DNA of 64,000 nt, taken from contig JAQGDQ010000150.1 in the NCBI GenBank assembly GCA_030141605.1, forward strand, positions 232,627 through 296,626, in the 5' to 3' direction. The stretch's first letter is position 1. Every line of letters begins with the position of its first letter. Under the pieces are notes generated by a model. The model was given only the letters and a program-made list of their open reading frames with translations. It was not told the origin of the DNA and searched no databases. This DNA is from Tubiluchus corallicola. Lineage: Eukaryota; Animalia; Priapulida. The translations under genes were made by a program, and so were the position numbers. This document shows positions 1-12,997 of this stretch, one piece after another.

Positions 1-475
1 ATATATATTTGTTTACTGGCAGCACCCTCTTTCAGCACACAAGCATACATATCACTAGTCACTATGTTCAGTTTGTTGCAAAAAAAGCAGTGACCGTTCC
101 TTATCTAAAAAGCAACTGCAACAAATTGTATCTAATTATCACTTATTTCCAATGAGTAACCTCAGTGGATTTGTTCATAGTTTCTTAGTGCTTAGTGAGC
201 ACTTTGGTTCTATATGGGACCTTGCAGTGCATCTGCTAAACTATTGTTTTGTTAAGAATTTCTTACCTTCAATCCTTCTTACGCAGAAAATTATTGTGTG
301 AAGTTTCTGACAGAAAAGTATAATGTATATTTATTCCATTTTAAATTTTAGATTTTCCCTAAGTGATTCAATACACTTCCGAATGAAGTACTTAAAATTA
401 CTTGCAGTTGTAAAAAAGAACTAATATTAAATGAAATTGTAGTTTAAATACTCATTGTAAAGCTTCTTTTTACAG

Positions 476-3400
476 TAGTGGATGTTTATCAGGATTGGGC
501 TGGCCCATGTTCATCCATGGAGACTATACTAAGAAAGTTAAAAGTGGATACGGGAGATGATATGCTTAACTTTGCAATTGTAAGAAAGTGGTGACCATCA
601 GCAGTTTTTTGACACATGCACAATTGTTAAAATTCTTGTGACTGTTATCAGTTCTGTGAGAGAATAGTAAAATAATTTGAAGCAATTTAGTTTAAATTTT
701 AATGCAGTACATTATGTATTGCCTATATAATATTATATTTTTAGGTCCCCTGACTTTAGTCTGTAAGGGGACCTATTGCCATCATGCGGTGTCTGCCGAG
801 CGTCGAGCATCATCGACAATTGACTTAATTTTCTGTAATTAGCCAAAACCTTTTGTCTCAGGTCATAGATGTTTGGCATGCAACAACCTTGGCATAAGCC
901 CCCTAAAATGTCATGTGCCAAAATGAATGAGCTATGGTTGAAAGGTCCTGACCCAGAAGGTCGTGAATGTTCAAGTTATGTGGGATTTTGCACATTTTGC
1001 TAAAAATCTACATGATGTATGCAGTAAACAAAATGTTTTTATAGCAATTTTGGATACTATACTATATGACCTTTCGAAAGTCCAGGGGTTGCTATGGTGT
1101 AAAAGGTCTTAATTTGGCTGTTGCTAGGGTGTAAACATGACCATTTCTTCAAAAACAGATAAAGTATGTATTATTTGACAATTTTGAGATCAAACATACA
1201 GAAAACATCATAATGCTAGTGTTTTTGACACTGCCAACATTTTTGTCCACCAGGGGTCACCCAAAGGTATCAACAGGGACTGTCTCAGTCATATCCAGTA
1301 ATATATTAATGTTGGGGTGAAACAGATTTGACACTAACAAATGTTTGCCCCAAAAGGTCATCTACAGGGAGTTTCTCAAACATATTGTGTAATGCATGAA
1401 ATTAAAGCTTAGGGCAAAATGGATTTGATACTGCCATTTTGGTCCAGCTGGGGTCACCTAAAAGGCATCTACAGGGAATGTGTCAAACATATTGTGTAAA
1501 ATTTTGCCCCACGCATGGTCACCACTATTTTACATAATATTATACACTTTTTCTTCAGGGAACCTACGCAGTCTTTAATGGTCTATTTTTATGTGCATTG
1601 GTAGGATACACAGATACCTTTAATTTTCAAAATGTTGTGTGTGATCAAAAGAGCTTTTACTACTTTTATGTCATCTTGACTTCGCTTTTGTGCTCTATAG
1701 TGCGCATAGAACTAGTCTTGTTAAGCACAGCTTTGTTTGTAAGCAGGTATGTTTAACATACGTTAATATGTTAATATGCTAGCATAGCAGTCTTGCTTTG
1801 AGTTTGTCAGACGGTCATCTTTTACAATTACCCGCGTTGTTTCTGGAAGCTAAACATTTAATTACTTGTCCGGCGGTCTGCTTTTGAAGCTCCCACTGCT
1901 TTTCACAGGGAGGAAATATGGTCTTCACAAACTGCAGCTCAAGCTTCTCAAGCACTAGGTATCTGGATGTTTGGCGTTAATATGTGCAGTATACAACAAC
2001 AAATTTATGTTTTAATCAGTATGAGAATTTCGTAAACTAACTTTCCCCGTAAAGAAATTAAGTAACAGACTTTGCACGAATTTTTGTAGTTTTTAGTGGT
2101 AATAATCAGATTTGTGTATTTTTTATTTTCTTTTTTAATTCACTTATATAAGTTAGTATTTTTAAATAATCGCAGATATGAATTTTGATGTTCATTTGTA
2201 AAATTCATTAAAAGCCGTTGCAATATGTACTACTATAGTATATACTTCTATAGTAGTAGAGCTTCACCTGTTGGCTAATGCATTCAATCAGTAACTAAAC
2301 ACTCATCCCATTTGGAATGAACTTTGAAGTGAGTTTATTAAGAATTTGAAATTATAATAACTTGTTGAGGTAATTGTACTCTCAATTAAATTTTTTATAC
2401 TGTGTAGCAGTTTGCTCATTGTCAAGTATATTCATTTGACACGTACAGAGAATTTAAAGTTTTTTACCAGTAGCCTTATTATAGCTGAACAATCATACCG
2501 AATTGTTTTCTTACAGGCAAAGGCTAATACCATTGACCTACTGAAAACATACAGAGGAAAATGTGAACCTTGCTTTTTGTTTTTTGCTGTAAGTTGTATA
2601 ACTAATAACCTATAATTGTTCAGTCCATTTCACTTGATCTGTCATCATTTGTTTTGGAAGGTGTAGCTGAACATAATCGCTTGTGTTATACATGTACTAT
2701 ATTACGAGATTGTAAATACAGGCACAAAATAACAGCGTTAGATGGGAAGTCGTAATATGCACAATTTTGTACATGTCTATATTTTTGTAATAAAACAGTT
2801 CTTATCCAGTTTGACACGAGGGTCTGTGTATCTGTAATGTTATCAATATAGTAGCCTGGTACAATATAGTTCCTATGTGTGAACAGGCTTTCAATTATTA
2901 TTACGCACTTGGATTCGAGCTGTGTGGACGTAATTTATGTCTTCTGATTTAAGTTCATTAAACTCTTTGATTACATATAAATACTGTGTTCTAGTACATA
3001 ATATTACATGGTGGCAGCCAGTGGAAACAGACTTACACTGCCAAACACCAGGAAGTTGTGAAAAATACCAGTTTCAAGGAAGTTTAATATCAGAAAGGCA
3101 TACTAACTGTAAACGCATGGCCGCTCAGCAGGAGACCACGTTGGCACGTTCCCGCTCATCCTGAAAGTAGTGCGAAAGCCCTGACGGTTAGATCTGTGCG
3201 CAAAAAAAACAATTGGATTTCCGAGACAATGAACTTGAAGTCTTGACATAGCAAGCAAGGACACGTCAGTGAGTAAAGCAGCAGACTTTATGTACAGTTC
3301 TACAGTGTGCGACGCAATAGCTTACTACGAACTGTGTTGTCTGTCACAATAATTTTAAACGCTACGTATAATTATTTCAACGAAACTCAGTGCCAAGAAA

Positions 3401-6400
3401 TAGTGGGAGATTTATCGGGAATAAATCCACCTTGTATGGATTGGAGTTGTCGTGATTTACCGTCGAGTTTTAAAGCGTTTGAGCAGTATTGCAGACTGAT
3501 TTTTCAAGGCCCGCTAGCAACTAAAACTGACGCACAAAAAGCCACGTATATTTTGCTGTGGTTAGGCCAAGACGGCCTAAAAATCTTCAACTCATGGGGT
3601 CCGAACGACGATGATAGGGCGAATCCAGACATAATTTTAGACAGATTTCGGAAACACTGTGAGCCTAAATCAAACTTTCGTCTGGCGAGATATAATCTGC
3701 AGAAATTGAAACAGACGGAACACGAGTCTGTAGATGACTTTATGGCGCTGCAAACTGCAGGCGCAGAAGTGTAAATTCAGTATCGCCGAGATGGAAGAAC
3801 GACTGATCGAAATTTTAATTATTGGAACGAGAGAGAAAAACGTTCAAGAGTCTTTGCTGGGTAAGGATGAAAATTTAAAATTAGATGAAGTTATGGACTT
3901 GGCTCGAACCAGAGAAGCCACGATCGCTGATATGAAAGAGTTAAACAACTCTGCACATACAAACGTCGACGCTGTCAGTCGCGACGCAGCGCATAATGAG
4001 ACGACAAAAAGTTGCAGCAAATGCGGTCTCAAGCATGACAGAAAATTCCCATGTCATGATGGCATGAATCACTGGAAAAATATGTGCAGAACTGATTTGT
4101 CCAATAGACAAAGTGGCGACGTGAATAAGAAGCAGATGAGAAAACCAAGACGTCGAAGTCGAGGTAGAAGCTGCAGGCGTTCATTTTCGCAGCCTAGAGA
4201 TATACAACGTTCAGTTGAGAACAATGCAGTGCAATTTAATGATGAATCAGATGAACTAACTTTTCAAAGTGTTCAGTCAGACAATGCACACAGAGATGAA
4301 GTTTTTGCAGAAATAGGGATAGCTTTGCCTAACAAGGTAAACGTTAAACCATTTTTAAAAGCTAAAGTCGATACGGGAGCACAAGGAAATATTTTGCCTA
4401 TAAGAATATACAGACGCATGTATCCTGAGAGACTTGATGCAAGTGGTTTTCCCAAAGAAATACAGTCGAGTAAAACAACACTGACTGCATTCAGTGGTAC
4501 TCAAATTACACAATATGGTGTGTACGTAATAAAGTGCAAATACAAGGACAAAAGTGCAGATGCAACATTCTATGTAGCAGATGTGGACGGTCCTGCTATA
4601 TGTGGCCTTCCAACATCAAAAGCACTTAAGTTAGTTGAACTGAACTGTGAAATATCCGGGCAGACAGCTATCAATGACAAAGAAGACTTGTTGGAGTTAT
4701 ACCCAGACCATTTTCAGGGAATTGGTAAATTTGCAGGCGAGTACCACATTATGATTGACTCGAATGTTCCACCTGTCATTCATGCGCAACGAAAATGTCC
4801 AATCCATCTTCGCGAACAGATAAAAGCAGAGCTGGATGAAATGGAAAAAGTGGGTGTCATTACACCAGTTACCAAACCGACTGATTGGGTGTCTAGCACT
4901 GTATACCCACGTAAGTCAGAAGGAAGATTGCGAGTATGCCTTGACCCAACAGATTTAAATCGAGCATTAAAGCGTACTCACCATCATATTCCGACCATGG
5001 AAGAACTAACTCACAAGTTCAACGGAAGTACAGTATTCTCAAAGCTAGATGCCAGACATGGCTATTGGTCCATCGTGTTAGACGAAGAATCATCGTATTT
5101 GACAACATTCAATAGCCCTTTTGGCCGTTACAGATTTCAAATGGATTTCATTTTAGAAAAATGCCCTAGAACAGAAGGCACTAGTGATGACATTGCTGTA
5201 CATGGTAAAAACGAAGCTGAGCACAATGCCAATTTACTCAACTTGATGGAAGTAGCAAGAAAGCCTGGGCTGGTATTCAACTACGAGAAATGCAGCATAA
5301 AACAAAACAGCATCACATTTTTTGGAATGGTGTTCGATGCAAATGGAGTCCACCCAGACCCAGCAAAGATTAAAGCTATAGAAGTCATGAAAGCACCAGA
5401 AAGCAGCCAGGAACTGCAAACTTTTCTCGGCATGGCAACATATTTGTCACCGTTCATTCCAAATTTGTCTGCAGTCTCACAACCATTGCGGAAGTTACTT
5501 AAAAAAGGAACTATTTTTCAATGGTCTCCATCACACAACAAGGTGTTTGAACAAATGAAGCAAATAATTTGCAGAGACGTGACATTAAGCTAATATGACC
5601 CAAACAAACAAAGCATCCTACAAGTAGATGCTTCGATGAAAGGACTTGGAGCTGTTCTCCTGCAGGATAACAAGCTAGTTGCATATGCTTCAAAATCGTT
5701 AAGTGACTGCGAACTGAGATACGCAAACATAGAACGTGAGATGCTGGCTGTTGTCTTCGGATGTGAAAGATTTCACACATACTTATATGGGAAACAGTTC
5801 AAAGTTCAGACTGACCACAAGCCGCTTGAAATGATTCACATGAAGAATTTATCAGCAGCACCTCAACGATTACAGCGGATGTTACTGAGAGTCCAGCCAT
5901 ATGACTTTACTATACAGTACATCCCTGGTAAAGAAATGCTGTTAGCCGATGTATTATAGAGATCCCCTACAAGTGACCAATCAACCGACATTGAGCTAGA
6001 TGTGCGAGTTGATCTTGTGCGGTTTTCACAAGAAAAACAAGAGATGCTGCGAAGCAGTACACGAAGCTGTTCTGAACTACACGCACTAAGTGAAATGATT
6101 ATCACTGGATGGTCAGAATAAACAAGTACCACAAATGCTCCGACCATATTGACCATATAGAGATGAACTCACTATAGCAGATGGCATAATTTTAAAGAGC
6201 AACCACGTGTTAATTCCAAAAAACATGCAGAAGGAGATACTCCATAAACTACACGAATCACACCAAGGAATCAAAAAAACCAAGCTTCGTGCAAAAGATT
6301 GTGTGTATTGGAATAACATCAACAGCGATGTTGAAAATATAGTCAGATCATGTCAAATCTGCCAAGAGTCTCAGCGGTCTCAGCAAGCAGAGCCACTCAT

Positions 6401-9400
6401 GCAACACGAGATTCCTACTCACCCATGGCAAGTCATAGGAACCGATTTGTTCTATCTGAATGGTGAAAACTACCTGCTTTTATGTGACTATTTTTCAAAG
6501 TTTCCTATCGTCAAACACATTCATGGAAAATGCACAAGTCAAGCCATTGTTGATCTTAAAAGAGTGTTTTCTCTGAACATGGCATACCGGACAAGATCAT
6601 CAGCGATAATGGCCGACACTTTGATAGTGAAGCTTACCGTTCATTTACGAAAGAATGGGGTCTTCATCATATCACCTCAAGTCCTCGATATGCGCAATCG
6701 AATGGTTTTATTGAACGACAAGTTCAAACTGTCAAAAATACACATGCCAAAGCTCACAAAGCTGGAGTAGATCCTGATATGGCTATGCTAATTTTACGTG
6801 CCACTCCAATTGATCATCGTCTACCTTCACCAGCAGAAATGCTAAACAGACGGAAGCTAAAAACCAATGTTCCTACTAAGATACCTTATCAATCTCGCGA
6901 AAGCTCTGATATTATTGATCACCTTCGACAGAAGCAAGCCAAGCAAAACGGATATTATGACAAGAAAAGGGCTGCTAACCATGAGCTATCACCACTGTCA
7001 TTTGGTCAGCAAGGACGTGTACAAGATCAAGCTACAAAAAAGTGATTATGTGAAGAGCCTCGATCCTATGAAGTGATAATGCCCTCAGGTAACATGATGC
7101 GACGTAGCAGATGTCATATTCGTGAAGCAAAGAACACTGAAGAATTTCAAGACAAGTCATCAGAAACACCAAATTCTTCACCAGTATCCAACCCATCAGA
7201 TTGCCAAACTGTCTCAGCAGGCAAACGACATAAACAAGTACGATTTTCCAATGAAACTGATCGAGTTCTACATACTAGTCCAACAAGACCAGCAACAGAT
7301 ACTTCGAAACAAGATATACACAAGCAAACAGATAAACAAGACACCGTGACAGAGTACAAGACAAGAGCTGGACGAACAATAATGAAACCTCAGAGACTTG
7401 ATTTGTAGTGTCTCAGATATTTATTTTAAGTTCTTGTTACAACATTAAGTGCAAGTATATGCATAGTTGTATTACCCATAATATTTTGAGTAATTACCTT
7501 GAGTAAATTTTACTTATATTTGTATTACAGTTGCAGAAGTGACAGAATTAGTATGTTAATTGCAATTTGAGATTATATTATCTATACTAAAATGTTGCAA
7601 AGTAGCAATAATGAAAAGTGAGTCAGGTAGTGTTCTATTCTAATTCAGAGAATTTCAAATGTAAAACTTTCATCAATTGTAATTACAGTTTCAAACTTGT
7701 GAACAAAGGGGATGTAATGTTATCAATATAGTAGCCTGGTGCAATATAGTTCCTATGTGTGAACAGGCTTTCAATTATTATTACACACTTGGATTCGAGC
7801 TGTGTGGACGTAATTTATGTCTTCTGATTTAAGTTCATTAAACTCTTTGATTACATATAAATACTGTGTTCTAGTACACAATATTACATATAATATTACA
7901 TAGTAATACATAATATCACATTTGGAGGAAACTAGAACATTTTATGAAGCATGTCAGATTAGTAGCTATCTTTGCACCATCTTTTTGGTAACAGATCATT
8001 TATTTGATAATACTGTTTTAAGGGTTTTTAGCTTGTAAATGCCTTTGTCTGTCACAAGGGTATTTTTTGTTCATTATTTACACTCACACAATTTTATGTA
8101 CTAAAATCTATTTCTGACCTCATCAGAAGACAATAATACATGTTACTTTTCACATAAATCCTTTGTTTAGCATAGTTAGTACTTTATGTTCACTTATAAT
8201 TTTACAGTATAGCCTTTTCATGGTACGACGTGTCTTTGTAAAATGAAAATTATACAGATAAATACATGTTCCATATATAGCACATTAGCCTAACCACCAA
8301 CCTGCTGTGCAGTCAATATCTAACTATGCAAATTAAAATTCAAAACCTAGGTACAACATATGTAGAGTAGAGGCCGTATAATTGTTAGCAAAGGGAAGAC
8401 TGAGTCATTATGAATGTAAGGTGGATGTTGGCATTGGTTTCAGGTGATTTCATGTAGTGCTCAGTTCCTTCGCTATATTTCAGAAATGCCGGCAAACTTG
8501 TATAAAGTTGTGTGTCAAGAACAGTTATTGTAGTTCATAGTTTCAATACGGATAAAAATAAGTTAATGCCTTTAGTGCATTTATTATACAATGGGCACCG
8601 TTTATTAGATTCATGGTTAATATAACAATCAATTGCCTAATTGACTTAAACACGTTTTGTACTTGCCATTCTTATTCAAATGTATGCAAAGGCTGTTGGT
8701 AATTGACTGAAGAATTCCATATAATTGATTCAATATTTTGCTTCAGTTACATAAAATAACCTGTTGTACTGAAACAGCTTTTATTACTTTCATGTCATTT
8801 TAACTTTTTTACTTTTGTGCACTATAAGATAGGTAGAAACAGCACGCTAAGACTTGTTTTGTAGGTAAGCCGTTTTGTTTATCATGTGCTATTATACTAT
8901 AGCTTAGCGTTTTTGCTTTGAATCTGTTACCTGCTTGTGCACTGAATGACTCTATGAAGATGATTTTTTCCATCACATGCCTGGCCATTTCCTTTTCAAT
9001 CTCTTCCCAGAACGTGTAATTAGTTAACCGTTGCTGTTATGCCATCGATGCATAGAGCAACTATAACAGCATAGTTATCTTTAAAAATGGGGCTTGAGCA
9101 TAAACCTTAACATATAAAACTCTCCCAGCCTATTCAGTGTCTGCTAAGCTGAAGAGTGATGACTCTTACTTCTATACTAGTAATGCTACACCTGTCAGCT
9201 AATAGATTCAATCAGTTAATGGGTCTAAGTACTTCGATCAAAAGTGAGTCTATTAAGCAGCACCTACTGTACTTTTGTTTCTACTCAGTAAAGTGAATAG
9301 ACAGTATACACAACCCTATCTTTAACTTTCAAATGTTACTTAATTTTTGTTTTCTAGAGCGGAGTACTGGTGAATGCAATGCATGGAATTAATGCACCAC

Positions 9401-12400
9401 TCTTTGCAAAGACTGTAATGACTGAGCTGAAACATGAACATGACGCTTTGGAAGGAAATGTTGAAAGAAGTCCGGTACTTTGGCACATTTTTTTTAAAAT
9501 ATCAGTTTTTATTTCTCACATAATGGGACCGATTTTCCATATAGTACAAACTTATTTTACGTACTAATTATTTTTTATGCAATACGACTTACATTGATTT
9601 CCCGTAAAGTGGGTAAATACTTTAACATGCTATAGTAGCAGTTCTTGAATGGGCAAATAAATGCCCTTTGTTGGCTACATGTGTAAATGGCTATCAATCT
9701 GTCTACCAAGTTGTGAGAAGCTGACTGAGATGGTTTATGTTTTCGCTTTCTTTCCTCGTGTTGTGACAATTATTAATTGGCTAGTTAATGACATAATAGT
9801 GATATGGTCCTAATAATGTTAATAATAAGTTAAAATCTTGGTCTAGTTTGTCATTGTTATATTTTATATAGTGACTATAAACTGAAACATGTATAAGAGG
9901 TGCACACATTTGTGCTAATGCTGTGGTCTAAATTTCAGCAGCCTTGCTTATTTGAGAACATTGTTTGAGACCGTTAACTTTTGTCTCCCTTTTCTAATAA
10001 TCATTCTAAACCAGCTCACAATTTTGTTTTTCCTTCACGACAACAGAGCTGAATTATTCAAAACTGTTGAAGAACATTCATCGATGGTGATATAAATAAG
10101 CTATAAACAAGTTGCCTCATAGATGCGTCAACTAGAAAAAGTTATTACATCAATGATGCTAATTTTTACTAGCACAAAACATTTCATACCCAATAGCATG
10201 TTCATTTAATTACCAGTCACTACATGGCTAAACATGTTGCACTTGTTTTCAAAATTCTTGTGTGTATAAACTTAAATAAGGTAAACTGTGAGCTTTCAAT
10301 CCCATTCTACAAAAATATGACTGCAAGTTTCTTTTAAAGCTCTCATATCGCCTACATGTGTTTCCTTGGTTTAGTACACTATGCAGTATATGCCAGCTAC
10401 AAGTGAAGCTGACATTCTAATGTGCACATCTAGAACATGAACTGCTTGCAGAAATTAATAGCAAATTTGGCAAATTACGGTTAAATCAAAAATCTTTCAA
10501 ATTACCAAATAATATCGGCAAATTTAAAGTCATGTTTTAAGGTATATTATTTATGTCTGCAATATACAGGGTGGTACGTAATCTAGGTAATCGCGGGGAC
10601 GAAATAGTATAGAACAATTTACTGTGTCAAATGATTGCTGATTACAATAGACAATTTGTCCCGCCCTCAAAGTTTAGTTTAAAAACTCCACTCCACTCAG
10701 CCTCAAATCTTGAGAGCGGTGACCTGAAAACTCTGGGATTATTTTTTCGGTTGAATTTAATAGCCTCAACCCAACAAACACATTGCTGCTACCCCAAATG
10801 ACAGAATGGATGTTGATAAAAACATGGCATTGATCAGTACTCAACAGATAAACTTGTGAGACATCTGCAAGATCTGTCAAAGGATCTTAAGTTCTTCAAG
10901 TCACTGCTTCAGTTATACCCCCAAGACTGCAAGGTGCACGAGACATACGAGGCTTCCACACACCATTTGCTATTGTTTGGACAGTAGTTTGATCTAATTA
11001 ACTGATCTGCGCTATTACTCGTTGTTTTTGTATGCCAGCAGAAGGTTGTGAACCACCCTGTGCTATAATGTTTGTCTAATTAATAAGAGATTAATAGTAG
11101 TCATAGCTAAGTTCTGTATGTCAATCATTTTGTATGTATGGTATACATTTTGTACTGCTGTTTCATTTGAAGTTTTTTCATGATATGCAGCTAAGCCTAG
11201 GGCTTAAAACCCCATGTATGTCGAGGTATACTTGTAATTGTCTGTATCTCTTTTTAGCATAGCATTATTTTTTCACAGTAAAAATGTGAGCGGCAGCTAC
11301 AATATGTGTCTAGCAATATTTATTTTTTCTGCTATTCTAATCATGTTGTTGATAAAATTTTAAAAAAAAGTTTGACAGAGGTGAGCTATTTATTTAGATC
11401 GTTGATCGTGGTTTTTCATATGAGAAGGAGTTTATAACTGACGAAGAAGAAACTGAAAAAGAAAATGCAGAAGCAGGTATGCAACAAAATTAATTAGCTG
11501 TGCTGATGTTCTTTTCTCTTGGAATGCTATATAGCTGCACCTGCATGCTCACTAAGTCTGTGCATGTCCAAAAACTCTGCACAGTTAAGTACAGTTACAT
11601 TTATAATTGTCTAACATAGTGGATTACTTTTTTACGTTATAGCCGATAAAGATTGTAATGTAATATTTTTATAGATTTTTTTAGATCTATGTAAATCTAT
11701 AAAAACCTGCAGCTGTTAGTGGTGGATAAAATGTCAATTGCTTAAGGGTTTTAGTCCTTGTTTTACAGGTACCCTGATATTTAATGTAGTTTTTATAAAT
11801 TCATAATCCTTATTTATTTGCTTTGCAGGCGCACTGATATTTCATGTTGTTTTTGATTAATTCATAATAAGGTTTCATCATTTAACATGTCATTAAATTT
11901 ACTTGCATTTGCAGTGGTATACTGGCCAGGGTGTCAGCTTGCCCGAAGGCAAGTGGGCTCAGTGGCCAATCACTCTGTGGTGAAATGAGAATGTGACATT
12001 TAATCACATTTGTAACTTTAGCCATTTTTTTGCTTTATCACTGAACTTGGATATACTTAGTTAGCTCTCTTGTATTAAACTAATGCCTAATTTAGAATTT
12101 TGCATTATTTCCACCTATAAAATGTTATAAAAAGTTTGTTGAAAAATCTAGTTGACACACACATGTATATTAATAATGTGTTATAATAGTTAAGTGTGCA
12201 GTACGTTTAAACAATTTAAAATAATTTAATTTACAAATTATTTGAAATTTAAAAATAATTTAAAAATTCTTTTATAATTAATATTATATATTTAGATTTG
12301 ATAGGCCTAACTACTATATACAGTACATGTACATTGTAACTACATTTTTTTCGCAGCAACTTTACCTGCACCTTTTCTATAAAGTGTTTTATTTTTATTT

Positions 12401-12956
12401 GTGATAAAAATTAAATGATAGCATTGTGGTTGTGGGTGTGGCCCTTTTGCCCCCTAGCAACCGATATTATTAATTAGATCCAGTCCACTAATGTGCATTT
12501 GTGAAATTTGTATTTAATTTCTAGATTACAAAAAAGTGAATCAGACTTAATGAGCCTACACTTTAAAAAGCAGCTGATTTACTTTGTTTAGTACTGTATG
12601 TAAATCATCAATTTTAGTGCAGAGCGTTCTGTTCACTGTAAATATTGTCTTCATTGTTCTTTACTACTGTCTTTATAATTGTTGCTTAATTAATACATAG
12701 TCGTGCATTGCAAAACATAGCGAAAAGTTTTAGAACTTGAACTGCTTTGTATGGCTTCTGCTGGTAAAATATTTGAATCATATGCTTGCATCATTTTATT
12801 TGATGAGAAGATGATTTTTCATTTGTTGATACAATGAAAAATGTGATTATGAAACTTGCTTGAAAGTTGTTAGTTTTATCTCAATTCGTGTTCTCTTTAT
12901 TGAAAACGTAAAACTGTAAAAATTTTAGGCAAATTGCAGAAATAATAACAGTTTAG

Positions 12957-12997
<41 letters not shown>

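Larger units (their letters stand above)
2833..7888 (+). mobile_element. Full-length but decayed Ty3/Gypsy (Mag-like) LTR retrotransposon in an NME8 intron
   Basis: 176-bp LTRs at 2833-3008 and 7713-7888 (TGTAAT...ATTACA), differing by 3 transitions. PBS TGGTGGCAGC at 3009 (complementary to the 3' end of tRNA-Leu). PPT GAACAAAGGGGA at 7701-7712. Domain order gag-PR-RT-RH-IN. Confidence 0.96.

Noticed and set aside
3403-7408. Apparent paradox of nearly identical LTRs but a multiply disrupted gag-pol
   Set aside because: Three differences in 176 bp imply roughly 0.9% change per copy, i.e. a few dozen mutations over about 4 kb. That is enough to explain several stops and indels without invoking trans-mobilisation.
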